Shown piece by piece: positions 47,024 to 55,939 of a stretch of 64,000 nucleotides of DNA (position 1 is its first letter; each line of letters opens with the position of its first letter). The translations under genes and the position numbers were made by a program. Source of the stretch: an uncultured Gammaproteobacteria bacterium (GTDB lineage: Bacteria; Patescibacteriota; Patescibacteriia; Veblenbacterales; UBA10138); assembly GCA_964453605.1 (NCBI GenBank), contig CAYVOI010000001.1, forward strand, positions 804,095 through 868,094. Reading direction: 5' to 3'. Under the pieces are notes generated by a model that made no database searches, was not told the DNA's origin, and saw nothing but the letters and a program-made list of their open reading frames with translations.

Positions 47024-48505
47024 ATGGCTACTATTGAAGGCATAAAAGCCTTGGTGCTAAAGAATAATCCCGCGGCTGACGTCAGCGTGCTGGACCGCGC
47101 CTTTGCGTTCGCGGCTAAAGCGCACACTGGGCAGAAACGCCTCGACGGCACAAACTACATTCAGCACGCGCTGGAGACCACCTACACCTTGGCGCACATG
47201 AACCTGGACCTAGCCACCATAACCGCCGGGCTACTCCACGATGTACCCGAGGACACCAGCGTAACGTTGGAGGAAATTGAGCAGGAGTTTGGCGCCGAGG
47301 TGGCGAAGCTCGTCCGCGGTATAACCAAGCTTGGGAAACTGAAGTACCGCGGGCTAGAGCGCTACGCTGAGAACTTGCGCAAAATGTTCGTGGCCATGGC
47401 CGAGGACGTCCGGGTGATTTTGATCAAACTTGCCGACCGGCTCCACAACCTCAGCACTTTGGCCTCGCTCCCACCAGTCAAGCAACAGCGCATTGCCCGA
47501 GAAACTTTGGAAATCTACGCGCCTATAGCTAACCGCTTAGGCATGGGCGAACTCAAGGGTCGCTTAGAGGACATGGCCTTTCAGTACGTGTACCCCGAGG
47601 AGTACGCCTGGGTCGTCAAGAACGTTAAGGAACGTTTAGAAGAACAGTTAGCCTACGTTAACGCTATGACCGGGGAGCTGCAGAAATTCCTCACTGACAA
47701 TGGTGTGAAGGTGCTCTCTATCCATGGGCGGGCCAAGCACTACTACTCGCTCTACAAAAAGCTGCTACGTAAAGACATGGACCTTGCTAAGGTGTACGAC
47801 CTGGTGGCGCTGCGCGTGATTGTGCCCGACGTGGCGAGCTGTTACCAAGCTCTGGGGTTCATCCACCAAAAATTCAGACCACTGCCTGGGCGCATTAAAG
47901 ACTACATCGCCCAGCCCAAACCTAACGGCTACCGCAGCCTCCACACCACCGTGTTCGGCAACGACGGGCGTATTTTCGAGCTCCAAATTCGAGACCAACA
48001 GATGCACGACCACGCCGAGTACGGTATCGCGGCCCACTGGCACTACAAAGAGGGTGGCAAAAAGCCAGAGCTCAAGCTACCCCCCTCACAGCTCAAGTGG
48101 ATAACCGAGCTTCTCGAGTGGCAAAAGGATATTAAAGATAACGAACAGTACCTGCATGCCCTGAAGATCGACATTTTTCAGAACCGCATCTTTGTTTTTA
48201 CCCCAAAAGGTGACGTTATCGACCTGCCCGAGCACGCCACACCCGTGGACTTTGCCTACCACATTCACTCCGACATTGGCGACCGCTGTACCGGGTGTAA
48301 GGTGAACGAAAAAATAGCCACGCTCAATACCCAACTGGTAAGTGGCGACATGGTAGAAATTTTAACCGACAAAAATCGGCCCGGCCCCAGCGAAGACTGG
48401 CTGGAGTTCGTAAAAACGAACATGGCCAAGGCCCACATCAAAGCCTACCTCAAGCACAAGCGGGGTAAGCTGCTCTCGCTCTTCCGCAAGAAGAAGGGCG
48501 AGTAG
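47024..48505 (+). CDS. RelA/SpoT homolog (HD + synthetase + TGS, no ACT domain)
   Basis: AHTGQKR, GLLHDVPED, IKLADRLHN, DLVALRV, KDYIAQPKPNGYRSLHT, FTPKGD (TGS); ends after TGS/helical part. Confidence 0.93.
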   Translation: MATIEGIKALVLKNNPAADVSVLDRAFAFAAKAHTGQKRLDGTNYIQHALETTYTLAHMNLDLATITAGLLHDVPEDTSVTLEEIEQEFGAEVAKLVRGITKLGKLKYRGLERYAENLRKMFVAMAEDVRVILIKLADRLHNLSTLASLPPVKQQRIARETLEIYAPIANRLGMGELKGRLEDMAFQYVYPEEYAWVVKNVKERLEEQLAYVNAMTGELQKFLTDNGVKVLSIHGRAKHYYSLYKKLLRKDMDLAKVYDLVALRVIVPDVASCYQALGFIHQKFRPLPGRIKDYIAQPKPNGYRSLHTTVFGNDGRIFELQIRDQQMHDHAEYGIAAHWHYKEGGKKPELKLPPSQLKWITELLEWQKDIKDNEQYLHALKIDIFQNRIFVFTPKGDVIDLPEHATPVDFAYHIHSDIGDRCTGCKVNEKIATLNTQLVSGDMVEILTDKNRPGPSEDWLEFVKTNMAKAHIKAYLKHKRGKLLSLFRKKKGE

Positions 48506-48513
48506 AAGTTTTC

Positions 48514-48885
48514 TCAGTTCGAAGGGCGAAGAACGTGTTTAACGATTTCGTACACGTTACCGTCGGGTGCGCGAAAGTGAACCCACTGTGTTCGTCCAGG
48601 CTCACCCATAACGTCACTCAGTAGTTCAACACCTGCTGCCTCAAGGGCTACCCGAGCGGCGACTATGTCATCAACTTCAAAACCGCAGACTGGCCCAGTA
48701 GTAAAGTGCTGGTGGTTTTGCTCTGCTGGACCAAAAAACTCCAACCGGTCCCCGTTCGGTGCAGCAAAGGCGAGAAAACCTGGTTTCTCATGCACGAGCT
48801 TGGCCCCAAGAACGGTGGCACAAAAGACTTTCATTGGTTCAAGCGCTTCTGTACGCACACCAACAAATGAAATGCCCTTGATCAT
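48514..48885 (-). CDS. VOC/glyoxalase family protein
   Basis: MIKGISFVGVRT...FEVDDI...GV...FRAPDGNVYEI; start taken as ATG 48885. Confidence 0.85.
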   Translation of the reverse strand: MIKGISFVGVRTEALEPMKVFCATVLGAKLVHEKPGFLAFAAPNGDRLEFFGPAEQNHQHFTTGPVCGFEVDDIVAARVALEAAGVELLSDVMGEPGRTQWVHFRAPDGNVYEIVKHVLRPSN

Positions 48886-48898
48886 GGATTTACAGGGC

Positions 48899-49795
48899 CT
48901 ACGAGCGGCCAAGTAACTTACGCACCAACGCAGCAAGCTCGGCGCCCGAGTAGAACACCACTTCCACCACACCGCGCTCCCTAGTACCGCGAACTTTCAC
49001 CTTGGTACCCAAAGCCTGCATGAGCTCTTGCTCGTAAGCCCTGAGTTCTGGTGCGGCCACACGGCGCTCGTGGCTGCGCACTTTAACGTTCCCCGCCTTA
49101 GCTTCGGCAAAACGGACGGGTAAGCCTTCTTTTACTATAAGGTCAAACAACTTTTCCTGTTCGGCTTTATCCTCCACACCCAAGATAACTTTGGCGTGGC
49201 CCATGGTGATAGTACCCGCTCGCAAAGCGTCCTGAATTCGTTTCGGAAGTGCCAGGAGTCGCTCAGTATTAGCCACCTGAGCCCTCGACTTCCCAACTCG
49301 CTCGGCCACCTTGGCCTGCGTCAGGCCAAACTCATCTTGTAGCTTGCGGTAAGCAAGGGCCTCTTCCAGCGGGTTCAGGTTTTGGCGCTGCAGGTTTTCT
49401 ACCAGCGCCAGTTCCAAACGCTGCTGCTCGGAGGCTTCACGAACAATAGCCGGCACTTGTGCTAGCCCGGCCACCCCAGCGGCCCTCAAGCGTCGCTCGC
49501 CGGCAATAAGCTCAAACTTCCCAGGTGCTAGCGGCCGAACAATCAGAGGTTGCAGAATACCGTGCGCCTTAATAGATGCCACCAGCTCGTCCAGGCTTGT
49601 CTGCTCAAAGTGCTGGCGGGGCTGGTGCTGGTTCGGTGTTATGGCGCTAAGCGACAGCTGCTGCACCTGTTCGGCAGAACTAGCACTTACCGGTGAAGCA
49701 GGTGCGCCTGAGCCACCCCAAAAGTTCGTGCCCTCTACTTTTTTAGGCTGGATTAGAGAGCTCAGGCCTTTTCCAAGTTGGAATGGTTTGGCCAT
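48899..49795 (-). CDS. parB: Chromosome partitioning protein ParB
   Basis: LGKGLSSLI, QPR, GILQPLIVR, IAGERRLRA, ENLQRQNLNPLEEA, HTH. Confidence 0.97.
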   Translation of the reverse strand: MAKPFQLGKGLSSLIQPKKVEGTNFWGGSGAPASPVSASSAEQVQQLSLSAITPNQHQPRQHFEQTSLDELVASIKAHGILQPLIVRPLAPGKFELIAGERRLRAAGVAGLAQVPAIVREASEQQRLELALVENLQRQNLNPLEEALAYRKLQDEFGLTQAKVAERVGKSRAQVANTERLLALPKRIQDALRAGTITMGHAKVILGVEDKAEQEKLFDLIVKEGLPVRFAEAKAGNVKVRSHERRVAAPELRAYEQELMQALGTKVKVRGTRERGVVEVVFYSGAELAALVRKLLGRS

Positions 49796-49798
49796 AAG

Positions 49799-50560
49799 TT
49801 AGAGTTGTGCCAGGAGTTCTTGGGCTAGGGCGGCGTAGGCCTCTGCCCCGCGAGAACGCGGGTCGTAGCTGGTTATGGGCTTACCATAGCTTGGGGCTTC
49901 GGCTAAGCGCACGTTCCTGGGGACCATGGTCTGAAATAATTTGTTCGGAAAATGCTTCTTGAGCTCTTCTAGCACCGCACCACTTAAACGGCTGCGACCG
50001 TCGTACATGGTGACCACCGCGCCCAATACCGTAAGCTCAGGCTTCAAGTGAGTTTGAATGAGGTTTAAGGTGTTCATAAGCTGCCCCAAACCCTCCAGCG
50101 CATAGTACTCGGCTTGCAGGGGGATGAGTACCTGGTCAGCAGCCACCAGCGCGTTCACCGTGAGGAGCCCCAAAGAGGGAGGGCAGTCTATAAGTATAAT
50201 ATCATAGTCCTCGGCTACCGCAGTGAGCGCCTTGCTCAACCGAAACTCGCGGTTCTCTAAGTTAACCAGCTCAACCGCTGCCCCAGCCAGGTCAGCCTGT
50301 GCGGGAATAGCTGACAAACCATCTACGGCGGTGGGGCGCACGGTTTCACGCACCACCTCAGGCTCTAGCAGCACGTGGTAAATGTGCTTAGCCTCGGCTG
50401 GAACCTCTACGCCCACCCCCGCCGAAGCGTTGGCTTGTGGGTCTACATCAACCAGCAGCACTCGCTTACCTAAAACAGCAAAGTTAGCAGCCACATTTAC
50501 GGCGGTAGTAGTTTTACCTACCCCGCCTTTCTGATTTACTACCGCAATAACACGCGCCAT
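49799..50560 (-). CDS. parA: Chromosome partitioning ATPase ParA/Soj
   Basis: NQKGGVGKTTT, DVDPQAN, IDCPPSLG, EYYALEG, RLAEAPSYG. Confidence 0.97.
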   Translation of the reverse strand: MARVIAVVNQKGGVGKTTTAVNVAANFAVLGKRVLLVDVDPQANASAGVGVEVPAEAKHIYHVLLEPEVVRETVRPTAVDGLSAIPAQADLAGAAVELVNLENREFRLSKALTAVAEDYDIILIDCPPSLGLLTVNALVAADQVLIPLQAEYYALEGLGQLMNTLNLIQTHLKPELTVLGAVVTMYDGRSRLSGAVLEELKKHFPNKLFQTMVPRNVRLAEAPSYGKPITSYDPRSRGAEAYAALAQELLAQL

Positions 50561-50696
50561 ACCCGGTAGTAGAACCTGAGATAATACTGTGCACTCATCA
50601 TGGTGGCTAAAGAAATGACACTAGCCTAAGCAGTGAACCTACTGTGGTAGTTTCACTACCGGGATAGCCACTTTAGTATACGGTGCAGAACAGCCT

Positions 50697-50725
50697 TTGA
50701 CAATTCTCTACTCTATACCTATGAT
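50697..50725 (+). promoter_or_regulatory. Sigma70 promoter for tRNA-Leu
   Basis: TTGACA, 17 bp, TATGAT. Confidence 0.7.
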
Positions 50726-50752
50726 GAGATGTGCCTTATGCGTTGTTAGTGA

Positions 50753-50839
50753 GGGCGAGTGGCGGAACTGGCATACGCACAGGACTCAAAATCCTGGGCC
50801 CGCAAGGGATTGAGGGTTCGACTCCCTCCTCGCCCACCA
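50753..50839 (+). tRNA. tRNA-Leu(CAA)
   Basis: GGGCGAG...CAGGA-CTCAAAA-TCCTG, long variable arm, GGTTCGACTCC, CTCGCCC-ACCA. Confidence 0.95.
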
Positions 50840-50844
50840 ACTAT

Positions 50845-51426
50845 ATGAAAAGCAACATTCTTATATTTCATGGCACTGAGGGCCACCCAGGAGAGAACTG
50901 GTTCCCGTGGATGAAGGACGAGTTGGAAGGGAGAGGCTATACGGTGTTAGTACCACAATTCCCTTCTCCGCCAATTGTCCCGGCAAAAATAGCGGAGTGG
51001 TTTGAGGTACTTAAAAACTACAAGCAATTCATAAACGAGGAAACAATTTTGATTGGCCATAGTTTGGGGGGAATTTTTGTTCTGCGTGTATTAGAAAAAT
51101 TATCTCACCCAGTTAAAGCAGCCTTTCTCGTGGGCACCCCCATTGGCGTCAGCCCGATCAAGAACTATGACCGAGATAATAGTTTCAGTGGCTTTAACTT
51201 TGACTGGGACACTATTAAAACAAAGGCTGGTCGTTTTGTAGTTTTCCAGTCTGATGATGACCCCTACGTAGGCCTAGCTAACGGCAAGGTACTCGCAAAA
51301 AATTTAGGCACTGAGCTCTCTTTTATACCTAACGCTGGACATTTTAATACGAAAGCCGGCTATGTGAAATTTGAAAAGTTGCGGGATATGGTAGTTAAAA
51401 GTTTACAAGGCGACTTGCAACATTAA
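50845..51426 (+). CDS. RBBP9/YdeN-family alpha/beta hydrolase
   Basis: IFHG...NWFPW, IGHSLGG, SDDDPYV, AGHFN; true start ATG 50845 after the tRNA. Confidence 0.9.
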   Translation: MKSNILIFHGTEGHPGENWFPWMKDELEGRGYTVLVPQFPSPPIVPAKIAEWFEVLKNYKQFINEETILIGHSLGGIFVLRVLEKLSHPVKAAFLVGTPIGVSPIKNYDRDNSFSGFNFDWDTIKTKAGRFVVFQSDDDPYVGLANGKVLAKNLGTELSFIPNAGHFNTKAGYVKFEKLRDMVVKSLQGDLQH

Positions 51427-51460
51427 AGCAACTCCTGTATTCTAAGGTAGTTTCAAACGA

Positions 51461-51567
51461 CGCGGGGTGGAGCCCGTAAAGCTCACTCCGCTCGCCACGG
51501 GCCTGAAACACTAGACACGCTTCCTACCACGATGTAACGTGTGGTGAGCGAAGCGAACTTTACACGT
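51461..51567 (+). other. Duplicate of the tRNA-fMet 5' end followed by hairpin insertions
   Basis: CGCGGGGTGGAG (51461-51472) is identical to the first 12 nt of the tRNA at 51568; then CCCGT...ACGGG hairpin. Lies just after a TTGCAA-17-TATTCT promoter. Confidence 0.6.
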
Positions 51568-51642
51568 CGCGGGGTGGAGAAGTGGCATCTCGCCTGGCTC
51601 ATAACCAGGAGGTCGTGGGTTCGAATCCCACCCCCGCAACCA
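51568..51642 (+). tRNA. Initiator tRNA-fMet(CAT)
   Basis: CGCGGGG...CCCCGCA-ACCA with C1:A72 mismatch; CCTGG-CTCATAA-CCAGG anticodon arm. Confidence 0.92.
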
Positions 51643-53140
51643 AATTTTTTTCTTGGGCAGTAGAAGCCCTGTTAAGCTCAAAGATTAGCCCCAGCTTGGC
51701 GGTTCCAAAACCTTGACCGTGGCGATACCGCACTCCCTCAGGAAAAACCAGCTTTTGGAACTGGTACTTGAGGGGGTCCGGCACGCTACGCCACCCAAAG
51801 GACAGGTTAGTCAGGAACTGCTCACCAAACGACAAGGCGCCGGCCAAGTCGTGTTTTTGTATATTAGCTTCACTCATGGAAATCTTAACGGCGGCTAGCT
51901 CATTGTCCACCTGCTGTTTACGTGCGATAAACTCCTCTTTAGTGTACGAACCCTCCTCGCGCATTTCATAAATCCGCTGTCTGCGCTCCTCCAGCACGTC
52001 AAGCTGCCGCTTGTAGGTTTCAGCTTCAGAATTGTAGGCTCTGTACTTCGCCTGCCAAACTGTTATCACCTTGGCCTTCAAAGCCTCAATGAAGTCAGGC
52101 CTGGCTGAAACAGCTCGCAATGCCCTATCAAAATCGTTCTCTACGTCTTTTTTGAGTAAACTGGCATAGAGCAACTGACAACCTGGGGTATAACAGCGGT
52201 AGTAGGCAAACCGCTTGCCTCGACTGCTGCTCCACGCGCCGGTCAGTGGCCCACCACAAGCATCGCAGAGCGCCGTACGGCGTAACGGAAAATCAGGGTG
52301 CGTACGCAATCGCTTCGGCGAGTGATTGTAGCCTCGATCTTGACGTATAAGCTGCACTCGCTGAAATTGCTCGTGAGTAATCAACGGCTCGTGCTTGCCC
52401 CGTATCTCTTTTCTGGTCCATGGATTCACGAGAATACCTGCGTAGTAGGGGTTCTGTAACATCCGATCGACAAACTGGATGTTTGTTTTTGTTTTACGAT
52501 ATCTGCTCAGCCCCCATTCCTCTAGCATGGCGGCTATAGCTTTCTGCGTGTACAAACCAGTTAGATACTCCTTAAACGCCCGACTAATCAGCGGCCCTGC
52601 CTCAGGGTCAATGGTATCCGGCGTCGTTTTACGCTCACCGCGCCGCTTTGAGCCCGATGACAAATACCCTACGGGCGGCTTCCACGGCCAAAAGCCCTGA
52701 TCAACCTTTTTGATAAGGCCATCAGTACATCTAATCTTACGAATATCATTCTCAAACTGCGCTGCGCCTGCCAGCACTGTTTCTATAAACTTCTCTGCTG
52801 GGCCAGAGCCAATCGGCTCCGTAACAGAATGCAAGGCTACGCCGTAGTCAGTCAGGATTTTACGCACGCTAAAGTGATCCTCAGTATTGCGGGCAAACCT
52901 ATCCAGACGTAACACGACAAAAGCCTGCGCCTTGCCCTTGTTTTTCCGTAGGTACTCTAAGGCACGCAGGAACTCAGTTCTATTCGTCGTTTTGGCAGAC
53001 TCGCCTTCATCTCTAAAAATCGCCACTACCTCAATACCCTTCTGATCACAGTAGGTACGACACTGCTGCTCCTGAGACTCCAAAGAGGTGCCCTTGACCT
53101 GCTCATCGCTTGATACCCTTGTGTAGATTATGCCTCGCAT
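51599..53140 (-). CDS. Large serine recombinase (integrase)
   Basis: IYTRVSSDEQ catalytic Ser motif, RLDRFAR, PPVGY, CDACG...CYTPGC Zn ribbon, coiled coil; the C-terminus is read antisense through the tRNA. Confidence 0.95.
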   Translation of the reverse strand: MRGIIYTRVSSDEQVKGTSLESQEQQCRTYCDQKGIEVVAIFRDEGESAKTTNRTEFLRALEYLRKNKGKAQAFVVLRLDRFARNTEDHFSVRKILTDYGVALHSVTEPIGSGPAEKFIETVLAGAAQFENDIRKIRCTDGLIKKVDQGFWPWKPPVGYLSSGSKRRGERKTTPDTIDPEAGPLISRAFKEYLTGLYTQKAIAAMLEEWGLSRYRKTKTNIQFVDRMLQNPYYAGILVNPWTRKEIRGKHEPLITHEQFQRVQLIRQDRGYNHSPKRLRTHPDFPLRRTALCDACGGPLTGAWSSSRGKRFAYYRCYTPGCQLLYASLLKKDVENDFDRALRAVSARPDFIEALKAKVITVWQAKYRAYNSEAETYKRQLDVLEERRQRIYEMREEGSYTKEEFIARKQQVDNELAAVKISMSEANIQKHDLAGALSFGEQFLTNLSFGWRSVPDPLKYQFQKLVFPEGVRYRHGQGFGTAKLGLIFELNRASTAQEKNLVAGVGFEPTTSWL

Positions 53141-53301
53141 AGGTAATACCTAAAAGGGACGACCTGGTTGTCCCAACTCCACTAGCCCAAGAAGGATTAG
53201 CTTTGTTGGCAGGCCGCCCCTTTAGAGCAACAACGCCAATAAAAAACTTCTTGGATTCGCCTTGGGAGTGGGACAACACCATAAGTATAGCAAAATATGC
53301 C

Positions 53302-53442
53302 CTACGGCACAATACTAACGTCATTTTGGTTAAGGTAGGCCTCGATTACTATCTCAGCCAAAGCCAATAGCACCTCCTCAACCTCCGTAGAGCCAGTGGC
53401 AGACCTTAGATCAATTGTTGGGCGTAGTGCCGGTGCTTGCAT
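53302..53442 (-). CDS. Small 46-aa ORF upstream of the integrase (not in ORF track)
   Basis: MQAPALRPTIDLRSATGSTEVEEVLLALAEIVIEAYLNQNDVSIVP*, co-oriented between the 119-aa ORF and the integrase. Confidence 0.5.
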   Translation of the reverse strand: MQAPALRPTIDLRSATGSTEVEEVLLALAEIVIEAYLNQNDVSIVP

Positions 53443-53486
53443 AAGTTAGCCCCAAAATAGCTTTGACAATGAATAAAACGAGAAAC

Positions 53487-53846
53487 TTACGTAAAGTTTT
53501 GGTTTTTCCTGCGGTAGTACGATGCCAGGGCTATCTGCCGACGGCGTTCTGGATGTGCTACAACCCACTTCAGCCAACCCCTATACTCGTTTACAGCCCA
53601 ACGTGGCCTAGAGGCCCTTGTACGGCGTTTGTAGGCCAGCACGGATTGATACCACTGCTGGTAGTTGGCCTTTATCCACCGTGCGGTCTTTTTCTGCCGG
53701 CAGCGTATACAAAAGTGGCTATGTAGGTCGGCATAGGTAGTGGTCCAGGGGTACAAGACTTCTGTGCGACCACAGCGACCAAAGCATTCTCTTGTGACTT
53801 TCATTAACACATCGCGCATAGGGATACCAAAAATATCATTTGCCAA
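53487..53846 (-). CDS. Basic Cys-rich hypothetical protein
   Basis: CGRC...CIRC possible Zn site; Arg/Lys/Tyr-rich tail. Confidence 0.6.
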   Translation of the reverse strand: MANDIFGIPMRDVLMKVTRECFGRCGRTEVLYPWTTTYADLHSHFCIRCRQKKTARWIKANYQQWYQSVLAYKRRTRASRPRWAVNEYRGWLKWVVAHPERRRQIALASYYRRKNQNFT

Positions 53847-53980
53847 ATGTCAAAACATAGTTTTGACATTTATCAACCAACAGGCATCCAGGCTTGCCAA
53901 AATGCCACCCTATAAGGGTGGTGGCATTTGGCAAGCTGGTTCTGAATGCCATAGCGCTATTTGGCAACCTAAAATGGCAG
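53838..53980. repeat. TGCCA/TGGCA iteron cluster with palindromes, candidate replication origin
   Basis: Eight exact TGCCA/TGGCA pentamers in about 140 bp plus two inverted repeats, right after the prim-pol gene. Confidence 0.65.
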
Positions 53981-55777
53981 CTCATCTTTGGTATGGCCGT
54001 CGCCCCGTTTAAGGAAGTAGAACCTAGTTGATGTTCCGCCGTCCCCCTTATCAATACCCTCCTTGCGTAACTGGCTGAGGGTTTTTGAGCAAATTACGCC
54101 AGCTGCGACTAACTCATCCCGGGCCGCCCTCATAGAAGTGGAGCCAGCTACATCCTTTAGGGCCTTTACCAACTGCTTGTGTGAGAGCCCACTGTCATCC
54201 TTGCCAAGGATTTCTAGCAGTCGCTCTTTAGCTTCTTGAGCGGCATAGGCTTCATCATCATATTCACCCCCGCCCTCAAAATTCACCCTACCTGGTTCGG
54301 ATATGACTTTGACGACGAACGGCTTGAGCAGCTCATCGTCTCTCTGCTTAGTCTGCACGAGTACCAACTGTCTAGTATTCCCCTCGTCCTCCTTACTGAC
54401 TATCGCAAGGTGAGAATCAACCATCCCCAAGATATCACTGGACCCCCGCATGGCCTCAGCCTGCGCCATTATGTCGGTTACCTTAATCTTAAATGTGCCC
54501 TGCTTCCGGTGGTGATGTGCCAGCACAACCGTCATACCGGCTTCGGTAAACTTCCTAAGCGCCAGGTAGACCTGGTTCATAGCCGTGGCGCTGTTCTCGT
54601 CTTGATTGTGAATGCGCACCAAGGTGTCGAACATGATGAGTCCAATGCTCTTACGTTTTGCCTCAGCCAACAGTGCCTCTGCCTGTTGTTCGTTGTCAAC
54701 CCTAAAACCATCCCCGATGTGGTAATAGATTGGGAGATCGAGTTGGTCGGTCAGTAACTTGATGCGTCGGGCTAATCTGTTCTTGTGGTTCTCCTCATCC
54801 ACGATCATCACGGCCTGCTGTTGCGTTCCATATTCACCAAGTACCTTAGTGCCTAGGGCACAGGCAATTGCTATGTGGCTCAGCAAGAATGACTTATACA
54901 ACCCGGGCGGGCTTGAAATCACCGTAATTCCCCCCTTTGGTATCAAACGATGCACGGTCCATTCGGGCTCAGCAACTTCCATCAAGGCCAGGTCTTGAAA
55001 GGCCACGGCTTCACCTAGGGGGCGTGTCTGGTGGCTACTAGTAGCTCTAGGCTGATTGAGCTGTCGAGCTGCTATGCTTTCGAAAGTACGACGCAATTCC
55101 TCTGTAGCCAAAGGCGGGCTACAACGCGAATTCCACGCCAAGGCAGCGTCCCAGGCTGCGGTAGGCCACAGTTCCTGCGGTAAGGCGTGAACCAGCTCAC
55201 CGATAAAGCTGGCGGCCGACATATTACGTTCACCCTCACCCACACCTTCTGCTATATGTTCCCACTTTTTCGCTGTAGCAGGTCGAATAGATGACAGTTC
55301 GGGCAATGGCTGAGGATCCGTTTCGCCAGGGGGTATAAGCCACTCGTAGGCTTTGCCTGACCTATGAACGGAAGGTGGTACGACAATGTAACCACCATCG
55401 CCCCGGACATCGGTAAGTTTCACCTTATTCGTGCTGTTAGGAACCGGGTGACCGGGCCATTGGTAAATGAAGTGCTGGCCACCACCGCCGGTCTGCGAGG
55501 TAATAGTTTGTGGGTAGCAGGTAAAGTCGCCATTGCGCTCGACGTCAATCGCTACTATGCCTGATACCTTGCCTGTAGCTATACCAATATTGGCCTCTGG
55601 GTACCGCCCCCACCACTGATTGATTTGCTCCTCGCTCGCTTTTTCGGTTTGGTATAGCTTCCAATCTACCAGGGGAGCTTTATCCCCGCCGACGGGGAAA
55701 GGACTCCAACCGATGCTGCGGTAGTAGAGGGCCCAATCCATCATTTTCTTGTGTGACGCCGAAGTCATAGTATTCAT
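53969..55777 (-). CDS. Bifunctional primase-polymerase + PriCT + AAA_25 (RepA-like) helicase
   Basis: ANIGIATG...AIDVE, TGGGGQH, DVRGDGGYIVVPPS; EGERN; SPPGLYKS, MFDTL, HHHRK, RGSS. Confidence 0.92.
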   Translation of the reverse strand: MNTMTSASHKKMMDWALYYRSIGWSPFPVGGDKAPLVDWKLYQTEKASEEQINQWWGRYPEANIGIATGKVSGIVAIDVERNGDFTCYPQTITSQTGGGGQHFIYQWPGHPVPNSTNKVKLTDVRGDGGYIVVPPSVHRSGKAYEWLIPPGETDPQPLPELSSIRPATAKKWEHIAEGVGEGERNMSAASFIGELVHALPQELWPTAAWDAALAWNSRCSPPLATEELRRTFESIAARQLNQPRATSSHQTRPLGEAVAFQDLALMEVAEPEWTVHRLIPKGGITVISSPPGLYKSFLLSHIAIACALGTKVLGEYGTQQQAVMIVDEENHKNRLARRIKLLTDQLDLPIYYHIGDGFRVDNEQQAEALLAEAKRKSIGLIMFDTLVRIHNQDENSATAMNQVYLALRKFTEAGMTVVLAHHHRKQGTFKIKVTDIMAQAEAMRGSSDILGMVDSHLAIVSKEDEGNTRQLVLVQTKQRDDELLKPFVVKVISEPGRVNFEGGGEYDDEAYAAQEAKERLLEILGKDDSGLSHKQLVKALKDVAGSTSMRAARDELVAAGVICSKTLSQLRKEGIDKGDGGTSTRFYFLKRGDGHTKDELPF

Positions 55778-55860
55778 TGACTATCAGTGCTTAATAAATC
55801 CACCCCGGTGAAACGGTTCGCGGCGAGCCGTCGCACAGAGGCGGATGCATGCCGCGAAAC

Positions 55861-55884
55861 AAAAAACTGGAGGGTGACTCCAGT
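55861..55884 (-). terminator. Intrinsic terminator between the HTH gene and prim-pol
   Basis: Minus strand ACTGGAG-TCACC-CTCCAG-TTTTTT. Confidence 0.7.
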
Positions 55885-55939
55885 GTAAACGCTGCGGTCC
55901 GAGCAGTCGTAACCGATGATATTTTTTTATCCGTAACTT

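Noticed and set aside
50731-50844. N-terminal extension of the hydrolase ORF
   Set aside because: It is tRNA-Leu read in frame.
53836-54054. 72-aa ORF after prim-pol
   Set aside because: It coincides with the iteron/palindrome cluster, so it is likely non-coding.
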